Assembly: GCA_040218735.1 (NCBI GenBank)
Contig: JAVJQW010000062.1
Location: 160,001-224,000, forward strand
Source: Deltaproteobacteria bacterium
GTDB lineage: Bacteria; Myxococcota; Kuafuiibacteriia; Kuafuiibacteriales; Kuafuiibacteriaceae
Direction: 5' to 3'
Length of the DNA: 64,000 nt
Shown: in pieces, positions 45,477-55,013 of the stretch
Numbering within the stretch: position 1 is the first letter of the stretch
Layout of the letters: the number at the start of each line of letters is the position of its first letter
Position numbers and translations under genes: made by a program
The notes under the pieces: model-generated
Databases searched by the model: none
The model's input: the letters and a program-made list of their open reading frames with translations, nothing else
Told to the model about the DNA's origin: nothing

Positions 45477-48092
45477 CTAGTCGATGCGGACGCCCGTGTG
45501 AGCGACGAGGAGCGGCTCGGCGACCGCGGCGCCGAGGATCGTCGTCGACGCGTCGTAGCGTACCTCCGCGACCCACGAGATCCCGACGGTACGTGCCCCC
45601 GGGAGCGCGAGCGCCTCGAACAACGCAAGGGACACGCCGAGCGCCGCGCGCGTGCGTCGATGCCAGCGTCGCCCCAAGACGTCGTAGGACGGACCGGCGG
45701 CGACTCGCGCGAAGAGATCGTGGGCGAGGCGATGTTCGGGCAGGAGCGGCACACGTGCTTCCACGCCCACGGGCACGGTCCACAACCACCGTGACGGCAG
45801 CGACGCGCGGGCGAACTGGTACTCGACGTCGGCGCCCACGGTGAGCAACACGTGAACCGCGAGATCGTCTCTCGAGAACAGTGGAGCAACGCCACCGCCG
45901 CCCGCCAGAATCGACCATTGGGACCCGGCGCCGAGGTCCCGCGTCCGGGTCCCAGCGGAGAACTCGAACCCGATTTCGTCGGTCACGTCCGCACCCACGA
46001 GCGGACGGGAGGGCAGCTTTCGGTATCGAACGAGCTCGAAGCGGCTCCGCGCGACGCGCGGGCGGAGCCCGTCGAGGTACCAGGTGGCGTCCCCCGCGAT
46101 GAACCGAAACGCGGACCGACTCGAGAAGCCATGGCGACGGTGGTCACCGAGCCGCTCGTCGAACACCGCGCCGGCGAGCCGTAGACCGCGGTCCGACACG
46201 CCGACTCCGAACATGTCGACGCCCGCGTGCGGAAACGCCCGCGTGTACCGGTCGTCGCCCGGTGCCGACGCCACCCCGGTACGACGGAGACGTTGTCGAG
46301 CGACCTGCGCCGCCAGCAGCGCGTCGGAGACTTCGAGGACCCGCTCGCGGACGAACAGCGACCGATGCGCTTCGACGTACGGCTGGTCGCGGAGCTTCGG
46401 AGCTCTCGTCGCGACGAGCAGTCGACGGTGGACGTCGGGATCGAGGCGGAGCGTCCTATCGTCGAAGATGACCGAAGCGACGAAGCCCAGCAGGCGCACG
46501 GCGTCGAGGAGGGCGTTCGGCGCATCGCGGGAACGCAGAGCGTCGACGACGTCCGCCAGGGCCGCGTAACCTCGAATGCGGTCGTCCTCGCTTCGGCTCG
46601 TCACCGCCTCCGTGGCTCGGGCCAGTCGCTCCAGAAGCGCGCCGTCGACGTGCCGAGCTGCGAGCCCAGGGAGGCCCCGCACCAAGCGCGCGAGCAGCGC
46701 GTGCTGGCCTCGACGACGTGCTCTCGTGGCCTCGGCTTCGCGCTCGCGGTTGTCCCGCGCCGACAGCGCGACTTCGACCCGGACGCTCGCGTCGATCAGG
46801 ACCGCGACCGCCGGGTGCTCGACGTTCCCGAGGTGATCCACGAGCGCACGGTAGGCCTCGGCCCGAAGGAGCGGTGAGGTGGCGTGCATTCGCTCGAAGG
46901 TCGCCTCGACCCGGGTGCCGAGGAGATCGACGAGCTCCGCCTCGGCGATACGTCGGCGCGCGTCCGCGTCCCGCGCGTCGCGGTCGAAGCTCGCGAACGT
47001 GTCACCGACGCGGACGAGGAGCGGGCCTCCATCGTAGGCGCGCGCAAAGGCGAGACCGTCCAACGCCGTCGTCGGCCCCTTCCCCAGGGCGCCCGGGTGA
47101 TGCACGCGTCGTTCGGCGGGGAGCACCCCGTTGACGAGCTCGATGAGCAGCGAAGCGCAGTTCTGACCGAAGAAGTAGTAGTCCGGTCGAAAGGTCTGCA
47201 GCACGCTGTGAATCCGCTCGAACAGGCGGAGGCGCTCTTCCTCGGAGAGGCGCAGTCGGAACCGAACGATGTCGCGGTCCTCGTCGACCACATAGAGCCG
47301 GTAGGTATCGAGGAACGAAGCCTCCACCATCTTGGCGCGGTAGCCGCCGAAGATCCCCTTGAACACGTAGAGCGGATCGTCGCGCGAGGCGAAGTGGGTT
47401 TCGGCGACGTAGGAGAAGGTTCGGCTCGCGGCGAGGCCGTGCATGCCGCGTTCGCCCTTCGGCACCACCCGAAAGAAGAGGTGACCGAACATCGATCCGA
47501 TCGTCGCCGTCGTCGGAGACGCGAGCGCGACCTCGATCCCCGCGACCGCGTCCGGCTGGGCCCACCGCGCGAAGGCCGGGCACCTTCGAGCGGGTTGGTA
47601 ATCGTCGAGCGCGAGTGTGTCCGCGAAGAAACGCGCTACGGAGAGGTGACGGCAGCGCTCGCCGTCGCGTGGCGCGAAGAACGCCGCGGCGTGCGTCGCG
47701 AGATCCCAACGCGGGCTTCGGCGGCCGACGTCGTCCACATAACCTGCTCCGGCTCGGTTGCTCGCGTGTGGCATCGGCGCGAGGGCCGTCGCAAAGAACC
47801 CACGCCACGCATTGTGAACACGCCACCGACCATCGTCGGACCACCCGTGCTCCGAGTCCAACGCGAAGAACAGCGCGGCGATCGCGGACCGACGAAGGTC
47901 CGACCACGTCCCGTCGGCGGTCGGATGCACGAACAACCGCCGCTCGTCCGCGTCGAAGATCTGCTCGGCGTCGAGGCCGAACGGGCGCGGGCCGGACCGC
48001 ACCTCGACGGTCCAGCCGTCGTGCCACTCGGGAGGGACGCCGTCGAAGAGGCCGGCACCGATCGCAAGCGCACCAACCAGCGGAACCAGCAT
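45477..48092 (-). CDS. DUF4105-domain protein with probable C-terminal beta-barrel
   Basis: SMFGHLFFRV, KGIFGGY, Y...EDRD, YYFFGQNCA; amphipathic beta-strand C-terminus. Confidence 0.8.
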   Translation of the reverse strand: MLVPLVGALAIGAGLFDGVPPEWHDGWTVEVRSGPRPFGLDAEQIFDADERRLFVHPTADGTWSDLRRSAIAALFFALDSEHGWSDDGRWRVHNAWRGFFATALAPMPHASNRAGAGYVDDVGRRSPRWDLATHAAAFFAPRDGERCRHLSVARFFADTLALDDYQPARRCPAFARWAQPDAVAGIEVALASPTTATIGSMFGHLFFRVVPKGERGMHGLAASRTFSYVAETHFASRDDPLYVFKGIFGGYRAKMVEASFLDTYRLYVVDEDRDIVRFRLRLSEEERLRLFERIHSVLQTFRPDYYFFGQNCASLLIELVNGVLPAERRVHHPGALGKGPTTALDGLAFARAYDGGPLLVRVGDTFASFDRDARDADARRRIAEAELVDLLGTRVEATFERMHATSPLLRAEAYRALVDHLGNVEHPAVAVLIDASVRVEVALSARDNREREAEATRARRRGQHALLARLVRGLPGLAARHVDGALLERLARATEAVTSRSEDDRIRGYAALADVVDALRSRDAPNALLDAVRLLGFVASVIFDDRTLRLDPDVHRRLLVATRAPKLRDQPYVEAHRSLFVRERVLEVSDALLAAQVARQRLRRTGVASAPGDDRYTRAFPHAGVDMFGVGVSDRGLRLAGAVFDERLGDHRRHGFSSRSAFRFIAGDATWYLDGLRPRVARSRFELVRYRKLPSRPLVGADVTDEIGFEFSAGTRTRDLGAGSQWSILAGGGGVAPLFSRDDLAVHVLLTVGADVEYQFARASLPSRWLWTVPVGVEARVPLLPEHRLAHDLFARVAAGPSYDVLGRRWHRRTRAALGVSLALFEALALPGARTVGISWVAEVRYDASTTILGAAVAEPLLVAHTGVRID

Positions 48093-48833
48093 TCAGCCTC
48101 GCGACCCCAGCAGTCGCTCGACGGACCCCGTCAAACGGGCCGCCCCGATCGTGCGCTCCAACGCGTGGACGAAGTGCGTGGCAAACGCGCGGGGGTCGAG
48201 TGCCCGCCCCGTGCCGCCGAGCGCGTTCAACATCGCGGTCTGCTCCGCCGACCCGTCGAGGGCGTCGAAGAACGCGGCCTCCTCCGTCGGCGAGAGTCCG
48301 AGCTCTCGGGTCCACGCCGCCAGGATCGGTCCTCGCGCAACCACGACGTCACGAACGACGATCGGGTGGTGTCGCTCCAGATAGCTGGCGAGCTCCTCCT
48401 CGCCGGTCGTCGCGTCGGCGATCGTGAGCGCGACCCCCGCCGCGACACCGGCCAGCACGACGATCGCGCCGAGGACCGTCAGCGCTTTGCTCGACTGCCG
48501 ATTGCTGGAGCCGTTCGAAGAGTCGTTGGACGAGTTCTCCGAAGAATCGTTCGAGGAGTCGTCACTGGAGTCCCGTGAGTCCGCCGAGGACTCCGCGGAG
48601 TCCTGCGACGAACCCTCCGAGTTCTGCGACGAGGCGTCGGAGTCCTCCGACGACGCATCGGAGTTGTCGCTCGAGTTCTCGGAAGACTGCGAGTCGGAGG
48701 AGTCCGCAGACGACTGTGAGTCCGACGAGTCTTCCGAGCTGTTCGAGTCTTGCGACGCGCGCGTCGCGGCCGGCGTGAACACGAGCGCCACCACACTCGA
48801 GAAGACCAGCAGGCGAGCGACCGCGAAGCGCAT
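48093..48833 (-). CDS. Secreted Ser/Asp-rich protein with DUF3015-like C-terminal domain
   Basis: Signal peptide; about 85-aa SSEDSS-type tract; TM; YLERHHPIVVRDVVVARGPIL; abuts the DUF4105 gene. Confidence 0.6.
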   Translation of the reverse strand: MRFAVARLLVFSSVVALVFTPAATRASQDSNSSEDSSDSQSSADSSDSQSSENSSDNSDASSEDSDASSQNSEGSSQDSAESSADSRDSSDDSSNDSSENSSNDSSNGSSNRQSSKALTVLGAIVVLAGVAAGVALTIADATTGEEELASYLERHHPIVVRDVVVARGPILAAWTRELGLSPTEEAAFFDALDGSAEQTAMLNALGGTGRALDPRAFATHFVHALERTIGAARLTGSVERLLGSRG

Positions 48834-48994
48834 GCCCGTGATCGTCGCGGTGCATGCCTCGGCACCGCAAGTTACGGCGCGCCGTGGCGAGCGCGCGCAC
48901 GTGTCTCGATCATCTCGATCTACGACGGTGTGAAATCATTGCGGATGACGCGGTGCGAGGGTGCGACTCGCCGCTGTTCAACTGCCCCGGAGGA

Positions 48995-51900
48995 TCACCA
49001 AGCGTTCATCACGCAGTCGACGCGACCACGCGCGCCGCTCGCGCCGCGACCGCTGATGCAGAAGTCCTGATCGCCGTCGTTGTCGAGGTCGCCGATGGCG
49101 AGGGAGCCACGGTAGTAACACTGCCGGTCAGGCGTTCCGGAACCGTACACACCCGCGAGCGTGAGGTTGGTGTCGATCTGCCCGCTGACGTCGGCCGACG
49201 AGCCCATGAACAGGTGCGTCTCACCCGCGTGGGTGAACGGGTTGCCAAAGCCCTGCGAGAACGTCGCGACGGAGATGATGTCCGCCTTGCCGCCGCGGTT
49301 CACGTTCGAGAACTCCGCGACGTCGAGGCAGTGCCCGAAGCCGTCCGCCGGATCCACGCCCTGGTACCGGATGTCCGGCGTCGCCGCCGCCGACAGGTCG
49401 AACGTGCTACCGCCCGCGATCGGGCCGGCCCACGCGTCGACCGCGCCGTAGCGAACGCCGCCGAAGCGCGTCGCGTCGCCGCCGATGATCAGGTCGTTGT
49501 CCGCGTTGCCCGTGACGTCGCCGATCGCGAGGCCCGTGCCGTACGCGTCGCGCACGCCTTCACCGAACCACCGCGCGCTGAAGTTCGTCGCGAGGTCGTA
49601 GACCGTGACGTTCGAGAGCGGACCGAAGAACGCCCACACGCCGCCCGCGTCCTGACCGCCGCCGGCCGGGTCGTGCGCCGACGCGCTGATGACGAGGTCG
49701 CCCACGCCGTCGCCGGTGATGTCGCCGACCGCCGCCGTCTGGCCGAGCCGATCGAAGGCCGCGAGGCCGTCGAACGAGGCGTAGACCCCCGCCGCGTTGA
49801 GCGTCGCGCTGGTGAGCGTCGGGCCGCCCTGGACCACGACGACGCGCCCGGCCTCGCCGTTCGCGCCAACCATGCCGATCACGATGTCGTTGAACGCGTC
49901 GCCGGTGAGCTCGCCGATCGCGAGGATGCTCATCGTGTCGCCGACGTTCGGCGCGCTGAAGGTCGCGACCACGTCCGCCGTCGGGGCGTTCAGATCGAGG
50001 AGGTTGTTCGGGATCGCGTTCAGGCCCGCGCCGCCGCGGATGACGTAGCCGCGTCCACACGTGTCCATGCCGCTCGCGCACGCGCCGTTCGGAGCCGACG
50101 CGACGATGTCGTCGATGCCGTCACCCGTGACGTCGCCGATCTGGATGCGACCGTAGACGGTGCCGGCGAGGAAGTCGTCGACCCGCGCGCCGTCGATGCG
50201 GAGCCAGGCGGAGGCGGTCGGGTCCGCCTCGGTGCCGTCGAAGAAGCCGGGGCCGGCCTCGACGAGGAGGATGGTGCCCGCGCGGTAACGCGCCGGCGCC
50301 GGCAGGCCGTCCGCGCCGATCGCGAGGTCCGGGACGCCGTTGTTGTTCACGTCGCCGATCGCGACGCGGTCGAGGCTACGCGTCCCCACCGAGCCGAGGA
50401 ACGAGCGGTCCGCCGGCGTCTGGGAGGTGTCGAAGATGCGCTGCTCGATCTGGCAGCCCGCGGAGCAACCGTCGCCGGCGACGGTGTTGCCGTCGTCGCA
50501 CTGCTCGCCCGCGTCGAGGATGTTGTCACCGCAGCCGTCGAGGACCGTGACGTTGCCGGTCGTCTCGGCGCCGAAGTTGCCCACCGAGGCGTTCGGGTGA
50601 CGCATGCGCCAGCGGCTCGGGTACATGCCGTCGTTCTGCGGGCCCTGCACCGCGAAGACGAACTCGTACTGCTGACCCGGGGCGACGTCCTGCGGGAGGT
50701 TCACACTCGTGGTGCCGTACAGGTTCACCGGCGAGTTCGTCGACTGCAGCGTGTACTGGCCCGAAAGCCACGTCTCCGTACCGGTGTTCTGCATCGTGAT
50801 GCGGAACGTCTCCGGCCGCAGCGGCGACATGATCGGGTAGACCTCCTGCACGACGGCGGAGTCGTAGCCGCGCTGCGTCCCCGGCGCGACGGTGATCTGG
50901 TTCGGCGTGACCTCGCCGTAGAACCCGACGCCCGGGATGCCCGACGCGAACATCTGGAAGTTGAAGTCGTAGACCGTCGACATCGCCGGGCTCGGCGCCG
51001 TGATGACGAACGTGTAGTCCTCGGAGTTGCCGCTCGGGATCGGCTGCGACGTCGGCGTGATGGTCTGCGAGCCCCACTGGTTCACGGGGCTGTTCTGGCT
51101 GCGGAGCATCGTGTTGCCGGAGGAGATGGTGCCGTTGCCCGGCCAGGTCTCCGTGCCGATGTTGTTCATCCGCACCGTGACTTCGCGAACCTCGCCCGGC
51201 GCCATGTTCGTGGGGATGTTGCTGTTGGCAACGTCGAGCTCCGCATCCCACGGGTCCGGTCCGCCGGCGCCGACGGTGACGGGGATGTTGAAGCAGTTCG
51301 ACGAGACGCGGAAGTAACCCACGCCGCCCTGCGTCCACGGGATGAGCTGGTACATCTGCCGCGAGATGTCGTAGTTGCCCGGCGCCGACGGCGCGCGGAT
51401 CGTCATGTTGAAGGTATGGGTGTTGCCCGTGCCGAGGGCGGTCCCCTGCGGCGAGCCCGCGACGAGCGCGTTGTTCCGCACGCAGGTCGTGCTCGAGCCC
51501 CACTCCGCGACCGGGTTGTCCCGCGAGCGGAGGCAGTGGCCGTTGTTCGACCAGTCCTGCGTGCCCGTGTTGATGACCGTGATGCTGACGGCGGCCGTCG
51601 AGTCCGGCGTCATCGTCGCGGGCACGGTGTGCGACTGCAGCGCGCAGCCCCAGAACGGGCGGCGGGTCGGGTCCGTGGTGATGTTCGGGACGGAGAACGT
51701 CGGACCGAAGTACCCGGTCTGGCCCCCCACCAGGCTGTACGAGCGCGCCGCGAACGTGTGCGGCCCGACCGTCTGCGGCGCGGTGATCACCAGCCGATAG
51801 TCGTACTGGTTGGTGATCGGCGTCGCCGTGTACACGCGCGGGGCGGTCGCCTGGAACGTCGTGTTCTGCTGGAACAGCGCGTACTGGTTCACACCCCAGT

Positions 51901-52135
51901 CGTTGTCCGGCGAGGTCGCGCCGTCGTTTTGGGCGGTGACCGCGATATTGACGCGCTCACCGGGGGCGAGGATCGTCGGGACCGTATTCGCCGGATAGCT
52001 CACAGCCGATCCGGCGGGAGCCACGTACGAGGCGGTGGTGTCGATGCGGGCAGCGGAACGGGTGGGCTCCTCGGCGGGACCACCACACGCCGCGGCCACT
52101 AGGAGCAATGTCGTCGACCAGCGAAACGTCTTCAT
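48995..52135 (-). CDS. Large lipoprotein: NBR1/Ig-like repeats, Cys-rich repeat and FG-GAP repeats
   Basis: VAAAC lipobox; repeated P..M.P.....V.....N.GT..W modules; EQCDDGNT; GD.TGDG..D repeats. Confidence 0.85.
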   Translation of the reverse strand: MKTFRWSTTLLLVAAACGGPAEEPTRSAARIDTTASYVAPAGSAVSYPANTVPTILAPGERVNIAVTAQNDGATSPDNDWGVNQYALFQQNTTFQATAPRVYTATPITNQYDYRLVITAPQTVGPHTFAARSYSLVGGQTGYFGPTFSVPNITTDPTRRPFWGCALQSHTVPATMTPDSTAAVSITVINTGTQDWSNNGHCLRSRDNPVAEWGSSTTCVRNNALVAGSPQGTALGTGNTHTFNMTIRAPSAPGNYDISRQMYQLIPWTQGGVGYFRVSSNCFNIPVTVGAGGPDPWDAELDVANSNIPTNMAPGEVREVTVRMNNIGTETWPGNGTISSGNTMLRSQNSPVNQWGSQTITPTSQPIPSGNSEDYTFVITAPSPAMSTVYDFNFQMFASGIPGVGFYGEVTPNQITVAPGTQRGYDSAVVQEVYPIMSPLRPETFRITMQNTGTETWLSGQYTLQSTNSPVNLYGTTSVNLPQDVAPGQQYEFVFAVQGPQNDGMYPSRWRMRHPNASVGNFGAETTGNVTVLDGCGDNILDAGEQCDDGNTVAGDGCSAGCQIEQRIFDTSQTPADRSFLGSVGTRSLDRVAIGDVNNNGVPDLAIGADGLPAPARYRAGTILLVEAGPGFFDGTEADPTASAWLRIDGARVDDFLAGTVYGRIQIGDVTGDGIDDIVASAPNGACASGMDTCGRGYVIRGGAGLNAIPNNLLDLNAPTADVVATFSAPNVGDTMSILAIGELTGDAFNDIVIGMVGANGEAGRVVVVQGGPTLTSATLNAAGVYASFDGLAAFDRLGQTAAVGDITGDGVGDLVISASAHDPAGGGQDAGGVWAFFGPLSNVTVYDLATNFSARWFGEGVRDAYGTGLAIGDVTGNADNDLIIGGDATRFGGVRYGAVDAWAGPIAGGSTFDLSAAATPDIRYQGVDPADGFGHCLDVAEFSNVNRGGKADIISVATFSQGFGNPFTHAGETHLFMGSSADVSGQIDTNLTLAGVYGSGTPDRQCYYRGSLAIGDLDNDGDQDFCISGRGASGARGRVDCVMNAW

Positions 52136-52519
52136 CACGGTTCTTCTCACTCTCGTGTTCGACTCGTTGTCACCCTTATTGAGGATTCATTCCGAGTCGG
52201 AGCATCGTCCGGGCTTGTCTTACACGGCCTCCGCTCACGCGCGAGACCTACTTCACCCCTACGAACGGTACGCTGCCCCCGAGTGACAGGATCCGAATTG
52301 GGATGCAAGGCCTCGCTTCGGTCAGTGCCGCCCGACCCCTCGAACGTTCAACGCCCGAGCGATTTCGGCCCGGGCTACAGGGTATTTTCGGTCATTGCGC
52401 AGCGAAACGCGGCCGCTGGGCCGAAGGCGCGGGCAGCGCCCCCGGGAGCATGTCGACGATCGTGACGCGCCGCGTCTCGAGGGCCGGCCTCCGTCCTGAC
52501 GTTCGATCGTCGCGAGCGT

Positions 52520-52548
52520 TTGACGATGGCGCCTTGGCTCCTTAACCT
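52520..52548 (+). promoter_or_regulatory. sigma-70-type promoter of the ABC-F gene
   Basis: TTGACG-17 nt-TAACCT. Confidence 0.65.
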
Positions 52549-52577
52549 GGCGAAGCTCGACGCACGTCGAGCCAGCC

Positions 52578-52592
52578 ATGACGGTCCGCTGA
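52578..52592 (+). other. Candidate leader uORF (MTVR*) of an ABC-F attenuator
   Basis: ATG ACG GTC CGC TGA; CATGACGG is complementary to CCGTCATG over the ABC-F start. Confidence 0.5.
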
Positions 52593-52665
52593 AGTCCTCC
52601 TCGTCCCCGAGTCGTACGGCGCTCGGCGTTCGCTTCGAACGCATCGAGCCCGAGAAGGGCCCGTC

Positions 52666-54162
52666 ATGTCCGATCTTCACTTGCGCCTCACCGGCGCAGA
52701 ATTCAGCTACGCGGGCGCCGCGCCCGTCCTTCGAGACGTCACCGTCGACCTCCCCGTCGGGTGGACCGGCGTCGTCGGCGCCAACGGCGCGGGCAAGTCC
52801 ACGTTGCTCGCCCTCCTCTGTGGCCAACTCGCACCGACCGCGGGCGAGCGCAGCGCACCGCCCGGCCCGATCGTGTTCGTCCCGCAGCGCTCCGAGCGGA
52901 CCGCACCGCTGCTCGAGCGCTACTTCGAAGACTGGTCGAAGCGCGCCCTCGCCTGGCGCGCGCGTCTGCACCTCGAAGACGATGGGCCGTACCGCTGGGA
53001 GACGTTGAGCTTCGGGGAGCGCAAGCGGTGGCACCTCGCGGCCGCGCTCACGCGCGCGCCCGACGTGTTGTTGATCGACGAGCCGACGAACCACCTCGAC
53101 GACGACGGCATTCAGCTCCTCGTCGAAGCGCTCGGTGCGTTCGAAGGCATCGGGGTCGTCGTCTCCCACGACCGCCGCATCCTGGATCCGCTCACGTCGC
53201 ACACCCTCGAGCTCGACGCGGGGCGGGCGCGCATGCTCGCCCTCCCCTACGGCGAGGCGCGCGCCGTGTGGCGCAACGACGACGCCGAGGCCGAACGTGA
53301 AGCGGAGCGTACGCGCGCCGCCGCGCGGAAGGAGGCGGCGCTGCACGTTCGCCAGCGACAGGACGCCGAGTCGGCTGCGCGACGTATCGGCGCGCGGACT
53401 CGGATGAAGAGCGTGAAGGACACCGACGCACGCAGCGTCGGCGCCAAGGCACGCGTCGCGAAGGCGGCGGCGCGTCACGCGCAGCGCGCGTCCGCTGCGA
53501 GGACCCGCGCCGAGCGCGCCTCAGCGGTGGCGGACGCTCACGTCGTCGACAAGAAGCTCGGACGCAGCATCACGTTCGACGCAGCACGGATTCGTTCGAA
53601 ACGAATCGGCGCATTGGTCACCGACCAGATCCGCGTCGGGGACCGCGAGCTGTTGCGCGACGTCCACCTCACCGTGGACCGCGGTGACCGCATCGCCCTG
53701 TGCGGACCGAACGGCGCGGGGAAGTCGACGCTGCTCGCCGCCCTCGTCGAGGCGTGCGGCCTCGAGGACGAAGACGTGTTCGTGCTGCCGCAGGAGATCG
53801 ACGACGACGCACGCGACCGCATCCGCCGGTCGATCGCCGAGCGCCCCCGCGACGAACGCGGTGCGCTGATCACCGTTTGCGCCGCGCTCGCCGTGACCCC
53901 GGAGGGGCTCCCCGACGACCTCGCGACGCGCTCGCCAGGCGAGGCTCGGAAGATCGCGATCGCCGACGCCCTCACCCGCGAGGTCGCGGTGATGTTCCTC
54001 GACGAGCCGACGAACCACCTCGACCTCCCCTCGCAGGAGCGCCTCGCCGACGCGTTGAGTCGTTTCAGTGGAACGCTGGTGACGGTAACCCACGACCCGT
54101 GGTTCGCGGAGGCGATCGGGGCGCGGCGAATCGCGATCGACGGAGGTCAGCTCGCGATGTGA
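52666..54162 (+). CDS. ABC-F family ATPase (possible ribosomal protection protein)
   Basis: Two NBDs (GANGAGKS, GPNGAGKS, DEPTNHLD twice), helical linker, no TM segments. Confidence 0.9.
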   Translation: MSDLHLRLTGAEFSYAGAAPVLRDVTVDLPVGWTGVVGANGAGKSTLLALLCGQLAPTAGERSAPPGPIVFVPQRSERTAPLLERYFEDWSKRALAWRARLHLEDDGPYRWETLSFGERKRWHLAAALTRAPDVLLIDEPTNHLDDDGIQLLVEALGAFEGIGVVVSHDRRILDPLTSHTLELDAGRARMLALPYGEARAVWRNDDAEAEREAERTRAAARKEAALHVRQRQDAESAARRIGARTRMKSVKDTDARSVGAKARVAKAAARHAQRASAARTRAERASAVADAHVVDKKLGRSITFDAARIRSKRIGALVTDQIRVGDRELLRDVHLTVDRGDRIALCGPNGAGKSTLLAALVEACGLEDEDVFVLPQEIDDDARDRIRRSIAERPRDERGALITVCAALAVTPEGLPDDLATRSPGEARKIAIADALTREVAVMFLDEPTNHLDLPSQERLADALSRFSGTLVTVTHDPWFAEAIGARRIAIDGGQLAM

Positions 54163-55013
54163 AGGAGCTTGCGTGCCTCGTCGGGCGACGCGATCTCCCG
54201 GCCGACGTCGCGCGCCATCTTCGCCATCGCTTCGATCAGCTGTCCGTTCCCGGAGGTCTTCGAGCCATCCGGGAGGTAGAACGTGTCCTCCACGCCGGTG
54301 CGCAAGTTGCCGCCGAGCTCCGCGGTGCGTCGGTGCAAAGGCCAGATCTCCTCGCGACCGATCGCGGTGACCTGCCAGGTGACGTCGTCCGCGACGTAGT
54401 CGAGGAGCAGCTCGAGCAGGCGCGGGTCCGCGGGCATGCCGGAGGCGACGCCCATGACGAAGTTGACGTCGGGGCGCGAGGTCATCCCGTTCTCGATGAA
54501 GAGCCCCACGGAGCGGACGATGCCCACGTCGAAGCACTCGAACTCCGGGAGCGCCTTCGCCTCGGCCATCACGTCCAAGAAGCGCTGCACCTTCTCGACC
54601 GGGTTGTCGAAGACCATGGGCGGCCACGCCCAGTCGCCGTTCCGTCGTGTCTTGAGGTAGTTGAGCGTCCCCGCGTTGCACGCCGCCATCTCCGGTTGGA
54701 TGCGGCGCATGACCGCGGTCGGCCCGTCGATGTCATCGCCGATCACGCCGGTCGACTGGTTGATGATCACGCCCGGGCACGCCGCGCGGATCGCGTCGAC
54801 GATCTCGGCGCAGACCTCCGGATCCCAGGACGGCAGGTGCCCGAGCCCCTCCTCCTGCATCCGAAAGTGCACGTGCATGATCGACGCGCCGGCGTCGAAC
54901 GCCTCCTTCGCCGACGACGCCATCTGCTCGGGCGTCACGGGGACGGGGTGCTGCGCGGGGTTCGTCAGCACCCCCGTCAGCGCGCAGGTGATGACGGCCT
55001 TGTCTTGGCTCAT
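54147..55013 (-). CDS. Beta-keto acid cleavage enzyme (BKACE/DUF849)
   Basis: ITCALTG, P.TPEQ, AGAS.MHVH, NLRTGVED. Confidence 0.9.
   Translation of the reverse strand: MSQDKAVITCALTGVLTNPAQHPVPVTPEQMASSAKEAFDAGASIMHVHFRMQEEGLGHLPSWDPEVCAEIVDAIRAACPGVIINQSTGVIGDDIDGPTAVMRRIQPEMAACNAGTLNYLKTRRNGDWAWPPMVFDNPVEKVQRFLDVMAEAKALPEFECFDVGIVRSVGLFIENGMTSRPDVNFVMGVASGMPADPRLLELLLDYVADDVTWQVTAIGREEIWPLHRRTAELGGNLRTGVEDTFYLPDGSKTSGNGQLIEAMAKMARDVGREIASPDEARKLLHIAS

Noticed and set aside
48500-48755. Repetitive DNA as a non-coding tandem array
   Set aside because: Explained by the in-frame Ser/Asp-rich coding tract.
41606-48833. Impression of more A/T at third codon positions (possible acquired island; also 22886-30224)
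   Set aside because: Not quantified, and no integrase, tRNA or flanking direct repeats are visible; needs a GC3/tetranucleotide computation.
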